Notes: generated from the letters alone by a model not told the origin. A stretch of 63,991 bases of DNA, filler included, from Barthelona sp. PAP020 (GCA_040182905.1; 39 parts of 39 records of this genome joined end to end with filler, not necessarily neighbours in it); one strand, 5' to 3'; shown: positions 32,770 through 44,721, counted from the whole stretch's first letter. Numbers and translations: made by a program.

Positions 32770-34304
32770 ATGACTGCACACAATGATTATTACGGAGGAG
32801 ATGATCGATATTTTGGAATTGGTGAATCTGAAGAAGAAGCCGAATTGGTGGAACAAGATTTGATTGATAATGAGGTACGTCGTCATTATGAGGAAGTGGA
32901 TGAAGATGATTTTATTGGAGATGAAGATTCTGATGATGATGTTGAAGTTACAATTGTTCCCAAAGTTCAAAAGGTTGTTTCTTCGAAGATTAAGAAAAAT
33001 GATGAAGAAGAGGATATATTTTTGAAAGATATGGATAGTCTTGAATTAACTCTCAAACAATACACTGAATCAATGGATGTGGCTAAAAATCAATTAAAAC
33101 CCATTCTTAATGAAATGAAAGAGAATAATTTAGATCATACACAAGGATATTCGTTATTAGAAACCAAATATAATTTGATGTTGAACTATTGTATGAATCT
33201 TACATATTTTGCATATTTAAAAAGTAAACAGGTTAGAATCAAGGATCATCCTGTTGTTAGTCAACTAGTCGAATTAAAAGTAATGTTAGAAAGATTAAAA
33301 CCATTGGAAGATAAGGTTCAACATCAGTTTAAGACTGGTACCACATCTGTTACTGCTAATTTGGATCAGTTAATTTCTGATGATGAGGAAAATGAAGAAG
33401 ATGATGATGACATGAGTGAGGAAGAAGAAGAAGATTCTGTGTATCAGAATCCCGGTATTCAACCCGTATATTTGGATTCTGAAGATGAAGAAGAAAATAA
33501 GCCAGATAAAAGATTCGAATCAGAATTTATGCGTGATTTGTACGCGGAAACAACAGATGCTCCTGCTGTTCAAAGTGGTCAAGCTGGTTTGACTGAACAT
33601 CAAAAGAAATTATTGGCTGTTGAAAAAGAACGCGAAGAATATGAAGAACGAACAATGACAAGACTTCAAGTTACAAAGAAGGACAGAAAAAGGTTAGCTG
33701 AATTGAATCAAATTGGAAATATTACAGAATTGGAAGAATTTGATCGTTTTGATGAAGGAATGCATATTGCTGAACGTTTTAGCAAACAAATCAACAATGA
33801 AGATTCCTCCGCCAATCTTTTGGGAGGTTTGGATCAAAGATTTACAAATCAAACAAAAAAACATATTGGTGGAGATGATGATTTTAGCAGTACCTACAAA
33901 AAACGTGTCAGAAAAGTTGCTGATCTTGATAAAATTGATTTGAATGATGATTATTTCGATACAAATGAAAATTATGAATCGGAACAAGAAATCGATGAAG
34001 ATTATTACATGAATGAAGCAGAAAAGAAACGTATAAATCAAGAAGAATTCCAAAGAAGACAAAGTGATTTCAAGGTTCAAAAGACTGAAGGTAAAAACAG
34101 ATTGGCAACCTATGAAATGGATAAGAATCGTGGTATCAATAGATATCGAAAGAAAGAAGGTTCTTCACGTGTTAGGAACAGAAGAAAAGCAGAAAAAGCT
34201 AAATTAAAGAGCAGTTTTATGAGGCAAGGAGAAAGAGAAACAAAATTCCGTTATTCTGGCGAAAAGAAAATTGATCCTAGTATTGTTAGGTCAAAGAGTT
34301 TGAA
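32770..34304 (+). CDS. UTP3: Sas10/Utp3 SSU processome protein
   Basis: Central LLETKYNLMLNYCMNL...DHPVVSQLVELK domain and Sas10 C-terminus KNRGINRYRKK...YSGEK. Confidence 0.88.
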
Positions 34305-34679
34305 NNNNNNNNNNNNNNNNNNNNNNNNNNNNNNNNNNNNNNNNNNNNTTAATTAATTAANNNNNNNNNNNNNNNNNNNNNNNNNNNNNNNNNNNNNNNN
34401 NNNNTTTGTCACAAGCCCTTCAAAGTGATAACGAAATCTCAACAATGTCAGGCGACTTGAGTGATTTCATATAGCAATTGTAGTGTAAAGTGTTGTATTC
34501 TCTATTTTATCACAAATCTATGACAATATTTTGATCCAATGGAAAAAAAAAAAAAAAAAAATAAATAAATAAATAAACAACAATTTTTTTCAATTTAAAA
34601 GTTTCACATTTTTAGTTCAAGTGATTCAGTATGTTTTAAATCAATGCTGCAATCCAAACATCAAAAATGCATTGTTTTT

Positions 34680-35241
34680 TTTCCAAGCCAAAAGACACTG
34701 AGTGTCTAAGTGAACGAAGAAGAATTATTTCCAAGCCAAGAAGCACTGTGTGTATGAGTGAATTAAAAGAATACTGTTTATTTGGTTAAAGGCTTTCGAG
34801 GCCCGATTGATCTGTTGAACTATAGATTTTTTAAGGTAATGTGGAAGTTCCTGCTCAATGAACAAAATTTATTGGAGATATTAAGAGGTCATCAAATATC
34901 ACTTCCATTATTAATTGTTGCTTGACCACCTTTAGGTCCAATTCTTTAAGTTACTTGGGCATCTGAATCCACGTGAGTTTTTCCCAAACCTTAAGCTAAC
35001 TCGTTTCGTTGTTCACTGAACAACTCATACCTCAAAAATATCTAAGAAAGTTTAAACTTTAAAATTTTGCTTTTGCAAAAATCAAAAGAATGGGAATGGA
35101 AAATTTTTCCAAAATTTTCATACTTGATGATTAAGATTCAATTGCAGCCCCTCATTTTCTGTGGTTGAGATTTAATGAAATGAGTTTTTTCTGATTGCTT
35201 TCTCTTTGTAAATAAATATAGTTGTTTCACAACTAGACCAA
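34680..35241 (+). mobile_element. Family A copy with a duplicated head and family B inserted (34840-35045)
   Basis: A sequence is split at AAGGTAA/AGTTTAAAC by a B copy. Confidence 0.85.
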
Positions 35242-35651
35242 TAGAATTCATTTGGTGAAAAACTTTTGAGGACTCACATATCTGCTTTCATTTCACTTCA
35301 ATGTAAACACAAGATGAGGCGATATATATCATTTTTCCAATTTAATCGTAAAAATTGTTTCATTCCTTTTAAGGCTTGTTTCTAAAATTTACTGGATTGA
35401 GACTTCTGCGTTTACTTTCTTTTCAACGAAATACAGTTGTTTCAAAAATGGACCAATTTCTTCTTAGTCATTTGGTTCTTTGAATAATTTTCTGAAACCT
35501 CAAACTTTCCTTTGTCTTTGTCTTTGCAGTTGCAATATTCAACAGATTGAAAGAAACAGATAGCCTCTTCAACAATCTTCTTTGTTTTTCATTGACTCAA
35601 AATTTTGTGAAAAATAATGAAAATCTTAAAAATTTACACATCGATAATAAT

Positions 35652-35940
35652 TTAATAAATAGTGTCTCTGCCAGAAGCTTCTACTTTACTGCGGATCTTG
35701 TTAATCAATGCACGATTCTTTTCAAGATCTTCAATTGAAATATGAAGCCTGTACCTCCAATAATGTTTTTGAATTGCAGGAATATTGATCATTTCCTCTT
35801 CAGGTTCTCCATTAAAACGTGTATCATTATTTAAATACAACAAATCTTGTAATGGGAATATTGTCCACATAGAAGGTCCAAACAAATGCATATCCAAAAC
35901 TCTCTCGGTAAGTTGTTTAATTTCTTGATCGTTCTTTGCA
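35652..35940 (-). CDS. 3' fragment of an unknown protein
   Basis: Open frame from the contig end to a TAA. Confidence 0.5.
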
Positions 35941-36040
35941 NNNNNNNNNNNNNNNNNNNNNNNNNNNNNNNNNNNNNNNNNNNNTTAATTAATTAANNNN
36001 NNNNNNNNNNNNNNNNNNNNNNNNNNNNNNNNNNNNNNNN

Positions 36041-37557
36041 CTAGCTAAAGAGAAAATAAAGGATTCCTTTGAGGGATCTGCTCTGGCATCATTTAAAATA
36101 GTCCATGAAACAGGTGTATATGCTCCAAAGATAGCACCATTAGGTGTAAATACTAAAGTAACAGTTGGTCCTTTATTATCACAATTAGTGTGGAAATCAG
36201 AAGAACCAAATCCATGAGTTTTTGCATCAAAGATCAACTTCCATTCTCTTTCAGCTCCCAACCACATCATCAATTGTGAGGCATGTTCACCAGATAAAGA
36301 TTCAAAAGAATGAGGTTTTGCAATTCCAAATTTAACAAGCGTAGCATTCAGTTGCGCACTTCCTGTTTGATAGGCCAAGATTTCTTGAACGAGATTTTGA
36401 CTGTCTAATCTGGCTGGAACATCAGTGGATGTTTCAGGTTTCGCCATAGATACGTCCTTAATGATCTCTCGAATAATTTCTCCTTTAACAACGCCTTCTC
36501 CAACCGATAACCCTTGAAGACATTCATTTAAAATTGTAAAACCATAAACAAAATTGAAAAAATCTCCAGCACGTCTGCGCTCATTTGCTACACGACTTGC
36601 CTGTAAAGCAGAAGTAATTAATGTCAAATTACCCAAATATTGATTGAACTCATGATCATTTGTCTTGTATCTTCCAAATACATCATGTTGCAATTCAGCC
36701 AACAATTCAGCTTCCCTGAAAGTTAACAAAAGTCTCAAACGTTCGATATCCTTGCGAATCGATTGAGTTCTCGTGATCAATTGATTGTCCAATTCATGCT
36801 CAATGTCCATTAATTGCCTAAGATATCTTCGAACACTAATATTTAAATTTTCAACAGAAATCAACTGTTCTTTGAATTCTTCAATGATGACATTAGATGC
36901 ACTTACAATATCCATACAATTATGCTGAGAATGTTCTTCTTTGATACATTCAGAACACACTAATAAACAACACCTGGGACAATAATAAGCAAGAGAGCAT
37001 TCAGGATGTTTTTTACATGTTCTGTCAGCCATGTAATCATGAAGATGAAAGGTAGATAAGTCTTTTTCTATTTCGGGTGACAACAATAAATCATCAACAA
37101 CTGGATCTAACTGATATTCTTCATTCAAGCTGACGTCAACAGGAGAAAATTGATGACCTCGGAATACACGCATGGAATGAATTTTTTCATGGCAAGGTTT
37201 GCATAAAAATGATTGACAATCATTACAATAAATGAAAGCTGGGTTTCCACATTCCCCACATACCATTTCTTTTTGGGTCTCTTTTTCTTCTTCATCCTTA
37301 TTCATCATTCTGGCACGAATACGATCAACAACAGCTAACAAATGCTCATTAACAAGGTTTTCTTTCAAAGGTAAGAATGAATCTTCACAGAGTGGACATT
37401 TTATCAATGAAAATTCAGAATCAATATTAATTATGCATTTATCAATGCATTCACTACCACATACACAATGATTACACTTTGTAAAAGAAACAGGATCAGT
37501 GGATAAATGATGACAAACAGCACAAACTGATTTTTGCGCTACAGGGTCAAGTTCAAG
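36041..37557 (-). CDS. TRIM-like RING - 2 B-box - coiled coil - TLDc protein (partial at both ends)
   Basis: Own translation upstream of the track ORF gives CAVC..CNHCVC..C..CPLC; B-boxes CGEC..CNDC..CHEKIH and CKKH..CPRC..C..EH..H; TLDc HGFGSSDFHTNCDNKGPTV..FGAYT. Confidence 0.85.
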
Positions 37558-37660
37558 TCNNNNNNNNNNNNNNNNNNNNNNNNNNNNNNNNNNNNNNNNN
37601 NNNTTAATTAATTAANNNNNNNNNNNNNNNNNNNNNNNNNNNNNNNNNNNNNNNNNNNNA

Positions 37661-39176
37661 TTGAAAACAATTGTTGAAAGACATCAACAAGAATTAACAC
37701 GTGTAGAAGTTGAATATAAGACCAAAGTCAATCAGTCAGAAGCAGAATATCGTGGAAAAATAGATGAAATTACTAAATTACAAACTGCTCATGAATCAAG
37801 TATAAATCAATTAAGTCGTTCATTTGATTCTCGCGTTGCTGAAATTTACAATTCACATAGTAATGAAAGAGATCGTCTTATTGAAGATTATGAAGATCGA
37901 TTGGATTCTTTGAGAAAGAGATGGTCCGAAGAATTGCAATCTGTCAAGCAAACACACAATGAAGAGATTTCTAAACTTAAAAATCAAATTGTTGCGATGG
38001 AACTTTCTGAAGAAAAGTCACGTAATGAACATAACAATATGCGTGCTCAATACACATATTATGAAAAACTGAGTACTGAATTAATTAATGAAAATACCAA
38101 ACTGAAGACCGATCTTCAATTACATTTAAGATTTGTCAATAGTTTATTACCAACATTCAGACGTCTTAACACTGAATTTAATGCAATTGAAGGTGAAACT
38201 AATGATTTGGAAAGTGTTTGTGTTCAATTAAAAAAATTACAAGGATTCTTCAGTTTGATTAAAGAAAATGAAGGATATATTGGTGTTGGAAAGGATGATA
38301 GATCAAACATTAATTCTCCTGCACGTAGTGTTTATAAAGGATCAGCATATGATCCTTTGTTTGCTGATATTGAAGGTGTTGCAATTTTATTAGGTTTAAA
38401 AACTAATAATGATGCCACACGTATGATATATGATATTAGTAAAGAAGTTGAATTATTGTTAGAACAAAATCATTTGGCTGAAATTGATTCTAATTTAGTT
38501 GGATCAATGAGAACTAAACTTACTGATAGTATAAAGAATGAAGGAAAATTAAAGCAACAATTGATGATAGTTGAACAAGAGAATGATAAATTAAACAATT
38601 CTATTCAGAGTCTTCAAAATGAAATAGTTTTATTGAAGGAAAATGAACAGTCTAAGATGGAAATGGATGCAGTAAACACAATGCAAAAGTTACAAAATTA
38701 CAAAGAAGAGATCAGTCAACTTAAAACAAAAGTTCTTGAAATGACTTTGGAAATTAGCAATTTGAATGAGAAATTAAATGAAATAAACAAAGAAAATTCT
38801 GAATTACATCAAATAAACAGTGAATTTATGGAAAAGAAAATCATTTCAGACAATCAAAGTTATGATGAGTTGACAATGAAACCTTCTGATTCATCAAAAT
38901 ATACTTTTAAAGAATTATGTGGTATAAGTAAAGAATTGTATGAATTGTTGATGAATGCACCATTCATTATTCCTGAAAAAAGTTCAGAATTAGAATTTAC
39001 ACCTGGTTCCCCTTCAAAAGGTCAATTGGATTTATTTTCTATTGATGAAGAACAGAAAAAACTAGATATCTTTTGGGATTATGCTTATTTAATCAATGAA
39101 CATTATTCTAGCTTGTTGTTCAATGAAAGTATTGATAAGACTGTCAATTTATTGGATCATAAATCTGAATTGGATA
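37661..39176 (+). CDS. Long coiled-coil protein fragment
   Basis: Open across the whole contig; heptad-rich. Confidence 0.8.
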
Positions 39177-39337
39177 NNNNNNNNNNNNNNNNNNNNNNNN
39201 NNNNNNNNNNNNNNNNNNNNTTAATTAATTAANNNNNNNNNNNNNNNNNNNNNNNNNNNNNNNNNNNNNNNNNNNNATATAAGAGGGAAAGAAAGATCAC
39301 GCTGCTAACATCTCAACCACAACCCCCCACACCTAAG

Positions 39338-39470
39338 AGTTGGATATAAACTGTTCAGAATTTATTGTTGAAATTTATAAACATTTATTATTATTGTCGT
39401 GTGAAAAAGCTTTTATTAAATGTTTATTATTTTGTCGAGTGAATGAGCCAGTAGATGATGTGTTGTTGAA
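39338..39470 (-). repeat. Stack of four TTCA-headed module stubs downstream of tRNA-Glu
   Basis: TTCA at 39470, 39443, 39405 and 39372; the last three match the heads of C4', C4 and C7. Confidence 0.85.
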
Positions 39471-39507
39471 AGTTATTCAAATTTCCAAAGATATAATTGG
39501 TTTTTCC

Positions 39508-39520
39508 AAACTCGATCCTC
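39508..39520 (-). promoter_or_regulatory. Extra downstream B-box-like motif GAGGATCGAGTTT
   Basis: 28 nt 3' of tRNA-Glu; one mismatch to the other copies. Confidence 0.7.
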
Positions 39521-39548
39521 ACTCTTCTTTAATCTTTAATAAAACCAA

Positions 39549-39621
39549 CTCCGATACCGGGATTCGAACCCGGTTCTGCGGGGTGAAAACCCACTATCCT
39601 AACCAAGTAGACTATATCGGA
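39549..39621 (-). tRNA. tRNA-Glu(TTC)
   Basis: TCCGATA/TATCGGA acceptor stem, GTGGG-TTTTCAC-CCCGC anticodon arm, GGTTCGAATCC. Confidence 0.96.
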
Positions 39622-39801
39622 CATGAAAAAAAGCAAATAAATGCATTTGCATAAATGTTCACATACAACCAAATACTATTACTTTGATAGAATAACTTGC
39701 TATTGACAATGGTTATAAACATATTATATGTAGTTTATTTTGATGTAATTAGGTCTACACATATTCCAGCAAGTTAAGAAGAAAGAATGTTTATACTCGT
39801 A

Positions 39802-40124
39802 ATTATTTCCAGGCCAAGAAGCATTGTGCGTATGAGTGAATAAGAAAGAATAGTGTTTATTTGGTTAAAGGCTTTCGAGGCCCGATTGATCTGTTGAAAA
39901 ACTTTAGATTTTCTGAGGTAAAGTTCAAACTTTAAAATTTTGCTTTTGCAAAAATACAAAAAAATAGGAATGAAGAATTTCTCCAAAATTCTCCTAATTG
40001 ATCGTTCCAATTACATCTCAGTCCCTCAATTCCCCTCCTGGGATTTTGACTAAAATTTGCTAGAATGAGTTTTCTGAGTTTACTTTCTTTGTAAATAAAT
40101 ATAGTTGTTTCACAAATAGACCAA
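39802..40124 (+). repeat. Family A (subfamily A2), about 180 nt upstream of tRNA-Glu, inverted relative to the other loci
   Basis: A termini, with a variant middle shared with 55866-56015. Confidence 0.85.
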
Positions 40125-40294
40125 TAAAGGACAAATTTTAAGCAAAAAGATAATTTAACGTGTTTAAAATTTCTTCTTGTGATTGTTAAAGAAAAATTGC
40201 AGCAAAGAATCAAACTATTTGCAATAAGAACGGTTTAACTGTACAAAGTAGTAGGTTGGTACGGAATTGCAGGATTTTATCAAGGAAACCCATA

Positions 40295-40783
40295 GAGAAC
40301 AATCAAAAATTTACCAGTAGGAAAAAAGAAGGATTGGCATTCTTATATTCAGATAATCGCCCCATCCACACCTGAAGAATTTCTTTTTTTTAAAGAGTGC
40401 TCCAAACCATCCATGCAAAACGACTCAGTTGCAAGCACCACCAAACTCTAACCGAGAACAATAAAGATCTTTATAAACATTTATTATTATTGTTGTGTGA
40501 CAGCTCTATATCACTATTTTGTTTAAGTTTCGCCCTGGGAAAGAACCTTCCTTTTTTTTTATATAGGAGAGTTCTGAACCAATCTACGCACAACAGACCA
40601 GTGAAAAGTAACCCAAACTCTAACCTTGAACAGTAAAAGCTTTTATCAAATGTTTATTATTTTGTCGAGTGAATTTCGTCTAACGTGAAGTGTTCGTAGC
40701 AAAGCGGACGGATTTCACCCAAAAGACAAAATAAACATTGTTCTAGGTTCTATTCTTGCACTTCTGATTGTTAAATATGATCC
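40295..40783 (-). repeat. Module stack C6 - C1 stub - C4' - C4
   Basis: Segments match 43618-43710, 3700-3723, 43875-43972 and 21082-21184. Confidence 0.85.
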
Positions 40784-40883
40784 NNNNNNNNNNNNNNNNN
40801 NNNNNNNNNNNNNNNNNNNNNNNNNNNTTAATTAATTAANNNNNNNNNNNNNNNNNNNNNNNNNNNNNNNNNNNNNNNNNNNN

Positions 40884-40959
40884 GGAAAAGTTCCGTACCT
40901 CGAGGGAAAAAGGAAGAATCGGAAAATTTCGATTCGCCAAAAATAATAGGCTTGTGAAC
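40884..40959 (-). repeat. Repeat family D copy
   Basis: Reverse complement of 4528-4602. Confidence 0.85.
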
Positions 40960-41159
40960 AACCCTCATTTTTTTTTTTTTTTTTTTTTTTCAATGTTTTC
41001 CAATAAAGTTTTCATGAGTGTTCTTTGTAAAAGAAGGTCAATTCTCTTCAGCATTTTGATATGTAACATTCACTAATTTAAAGAAATACAATATCCCTTT
41101 GGTGCATTAAACAGAAAGAATTAATTGATTGAATCAAAAAGAAAAAAAATAGTTCACAT

Positions 41160-42050
41160 TTATTCATACTTTTCAAGAATTTCCAACATTTCAGCAATAT
41201 TTTCACGTGATTCAACAAGATCATGTCTTCCAATAGCAGCTGTAGTATATTTACATAATTTTTGAATAGCTTGAACATCTGATGGAGACACATTGGAAGT
41301 TTTTCCCAAAACATAGACAGAATTATCTTTTGATGCTGTTTGGGGAGTTTTGGAAGAATTATTGTCCATTACAGGTTGTGGCTTTTTAGAATTCGATTTT
41401 TGAGTGGTGTCCTCAACTTCAGGTTCATATACATATGGTTTTGTAGGAACAGTTGAGTCTTGAGATACAACTTCATTTTCCAAACGCTCTTCTTCAACAT
41501 CCAATTGGGCTTCCAATTTTTTATCAAATGCAGCTAATTCAAATAAAGGAGGATCAGGACAAACCTCATTTGCTTTCAAAGATCGATGGATAAGACCACA
41601 TCTCTTTTTAGCAAACAATTGAATTTCTCTGATCTTTGCAGTATCATATGTTATTTCAAATAAATCCAACAATACATCAACTAATTTGACAAAAGAAAAA
41701 TAACTCGCTGATATCTTAAAATCACGTTGACCACCCAAATCTTTTTGATAACAATTTTTAAATAAAGATAAAACAAATATAGAAAACCCTTCTGCATCGT
41801 TTTCAATGTTAAACGAATATTTTTTCTTTAATTCTTCTAATTCTGTCATTGAAGTGTTCAAATAAGTATTACCTTCGTCAGTTAATTTAACTTTTCCTTG
41901 TTTTACAGAACTGAATGCTATTTTTAAGCAATAATATTTGATATACATGGCATACCTGGGTTGAGTCCTTTCAATTTCATATGCCCTTAATAAATAGGGT
42001 TTAATCTCTTTTAGTTCTTGTGGGACATTATTCATTGGTCGAATGTTCAT
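41160..42050 (-). CDS. VTA1: Vta1/LIP5 (ESCRT Vps4 cofactor)
   Basis: VPQELKEIKPYLLRAYEIE MIT start; C-terminal VSL domain IQKLCKYTTAAI. Confidence 0.85.
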   Translation of the reverse strand: MNIRPMNNVPQELKEIKPYLLRAYEIERTQPRYAMYIKYYCLKIAFSSVKQGKVKLTDEGNTYLNTSMTELEELKKKYSFNIENDAEGFSIFVLSLFKNCYQKDLGGQRDFKISASYFSFVKLVDVLLDLFEITYDTAKIREIQLFAKKRCGLIHRSLKANEVCPDPPLFELAAFDKKLEAQLDVEEERLENEVVSQDSTVPTKPYVYEPEVEDTTQKSNSKKPQPVMDNNSSKTPQTASKDNSVYVLGKTSNVSPSDVQAIQKLCKYTTAAIGRHDLVESRENIAEMLEILEKYE

Positions 42051-42244
42051 CAAAAACGAGTTTATAATAAAAAAAATAATTGAGACATATACTTGGAAAC
42101 AGCTTGATAGCTTTTTTGAAAAGTGTTGTTCTCTCGGATTTGGTTTTTTTTTTTGAAGCACCTGATATTTTTTTTGGGAAGAATCAATAAAAGAATCCAT
42201 TGACTTAACCAGAAAATATTGTCTGTTTTTTTTTTCTCACAAAA

Positions 42245-42382
42245 ATGACTTCTCCTCTTCAAAGATTTTTTGATGCAAAGTCCTACATGATTGTTGGTGC
42301 ATCCACTAAGGAAAATACTCCTGGTTTTGTTATGGCCAAGCGTTTTACTGGATTTTTTGAAGGTGAAACTTATTTGGTCAAC
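42245..42382 (+). CDS. Acetate-CoA ligase (ADP-forming), N-terminal fragment
   Basis: LQRFFDAKSYMIVGASTKENTPG...YLVN, CoA-binding domain start. Confidence 0.8.
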
Positions 42383-43465
42383 NNNNNNNNNNNNNNNNNN
42401 NNNNNNNNNNNNNNNNNNNNNNNNNNTTAATTAATTAANNNNNNNNNNNNNNNNNNNNNNNNNNNNNNNNNNNNNNNNNNNNAGCTGCAAAAATCGAGGA
42501 AGAAGATATCATATTGTATGGTCAAAAGTTAATAAATGAAAGAAAGGAAAAAGGATATGACACAAGAGATTTAGAGCGTCACTTAGCTGTCATTTCAAAC
42601 AAATGACCGTTTTATTTTTGTATCTTGTTTCTTGTTTGTATAGTAAAGGTAGATTTGATTTTGTTGTTATTTTGTGAAAAATTATCGTTTGTTCAACAGG
42701 TAGGATATGCGCTTTGTCCCTTTATACACAAACAATTAACTCTTTGTTGCAAATTGAAAATCGCTAACCAAGACTGAGTGTTGATTTTTCCTCTTTTTTA
42801 GAACTAGGCGACAATGCTTCAAAAAATTTAATGTCAAAAGTCTAGGTAAAAGAGGATGTTGTTGTTGCCAAAATGAAATACAGTGACCTAACATTTGACA
42901 TTTCATCTCCAGTTAGCACCAACAAGTGTTAGAAAGCTAATGTGATGAATCTTTGCATTCAAAGTGTCCATTTGATTTTTGAAAATATATCTTGAATTTC
43001 CAACCATGAACAATGGAGGTCTTTATAAGCATTTGTTATTCTTATTTGGTAAAAGAACTACACATGCTAATCAACTTCTTATCTTGACCGTATTCATAGC
43101 AAAGCGAACGAATTTCACCGAAAAAGACAACAATAAAATGAAAAGATTTTTCCAACATTTTCATAAATAAGACATGTATGACTCACGCAAAAGATATTAG
43201 ACGAGAAAGGAGCATCAAATGAAACGTCGAACAAAAGTAGGGAAAAGTCGAGAAACTAATCTCAAACACAGATAAGGCCAGCTCATATCCAACTTACTTC
43301 CAGAAGTTTTCAATTTAATCCTCGTGGTCACATTCCTTTTTTGCGGCAGATAACGTCCCAGAATCTCCTTCCTCGAAATTTTCTAATCATCGTACATCCC
43401 AACGTAATTGGTCAACAAAAAGAAATAAAAGTCTTTTAAAATTAATCAAACAAATGTGTTCAAGG

Positions 43466-43972
43466 TTTTTTGTTGCAATTTCTGATATTAATGGGTGTCT
43501 AAATTGAAAAGTTAGCAAAAACACGGAATCTTATGAATTCTAAGATTAAAGATACAAGAAGATAAAACAGGTCAACCAAGAATATTCAAGTGTTACCAGA
43601 GAACATACGTAGAGACGTGTTCGTAGCAAAGCGGACGGATTTCACGTAAAAGACAATATAAATGCGTTTAAGGTTCTATTCTTGCACTTATGATTGTTAA
43701 ATATGATCCAATACATATATAATAATTTATAATAGGAAATATTAACGTTAAATAAGCTATTAGTAAAGCAAAAATTAGTTTCCAATCAGAAATATCTTAA
43801 TTCGGAACACAATGAAAGAAAGTGAATTTATCTGACTGATAAATGAGGTCAAGTAAACAATATTCTAAATAGTTCTATATCACTATTTTGTTTAAGTTTC
43901 GCCCTGGGAAAGAACCTTCCTTTTTTTTTTATAGGAGAGTTCTGAACCAATCTACGCACAACAGACCAGTGA
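43466..43972 (-). repeat. C4' element interrupted by C6-containing sequence
   Basis: 43466-43617 matches 44414-44574; 43618-43710 matches 40690-40783; 43875-43972 matches 40507-40603. Confidence 0.8.
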
Positions 43973-44174
43973 NNNNNNNNNNNNNNNNNNNNNNNNNNNN
44001 NNNNNNNNNNNNNNNNTTAATTAATTAANNNNNNNNNNNNNNNNNNNNNNNNNNNNNNNNNNNNNNNNNNNNGATGGAGCTCTGATGTAAACTGTTACAT
44101 ACTTCCGTACAAGTATTGAAACCTGTACGAGTTGGATATGTTCAGATGTTGAAAATTTCGCTGTACCAGCTCAA

Positions 44175-44574
44175 AAATGTTTACAAAGATCTTTATTGTT
44201 CTCGATTAGAGTTTGGCGGTACTTACAACTGAGTCGTTTTGCGTGGATGGTTCAGAACACTCTTAAAAAAAAAAGAAATACTTTAGGTGTGGATGGGGCG
44301 ATTATCTAAATAAAAGTTAAATAATCTTTTCCCTTCTTATCAATAAATTGTGATTGTTCTTCTGTGCTAAAGGAAAGTATCACACTTTTCTTTAAACATT
44401 TGACTTGCTTTATATGTCTCCACTTTTGTTCTCTTTGTAACGCTTTGACATTTGTTGTTGACCTGTTTTATCTACTTGTATCCTTAATCATACGGTTCTC
44501 AAGATTCCGTGTTGTTGCTTGAGCTTTTTTCGATGTTGATGCCCATTAAGGTAAAAGATTGTAAAAAAAAAAAA
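44175..44574 (+). mobile_element. C4 element, ~400 bp, ending in A12 (SINE-like)
   Basis: 5' part matches 9898-10153; 3' part matches 43466-43617; A-tail at 44563-44574. Confidence 0.6.
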
Positions 44575-44721
44575 TAAACTACAAAAATATTTATGTTGTC
44601 TTCAGCATGAAATCCATTGGCTTTGTTACGAACTCAATTATCGACAATTTATATTTTTGATATCTAAAGAATTGCATTTCTTTCAAGATATCAAACAAGG
44701 TGGATGTAAGAACAAAAAAAG

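Noticed and set aside
39338..39470. CRISPR-like periodicity of 27-38-nt units
   Set aside because: The only shared part is TTCA, most units are heads of longer dispersed repeats, and the context is eukaryotic with no cas genes.
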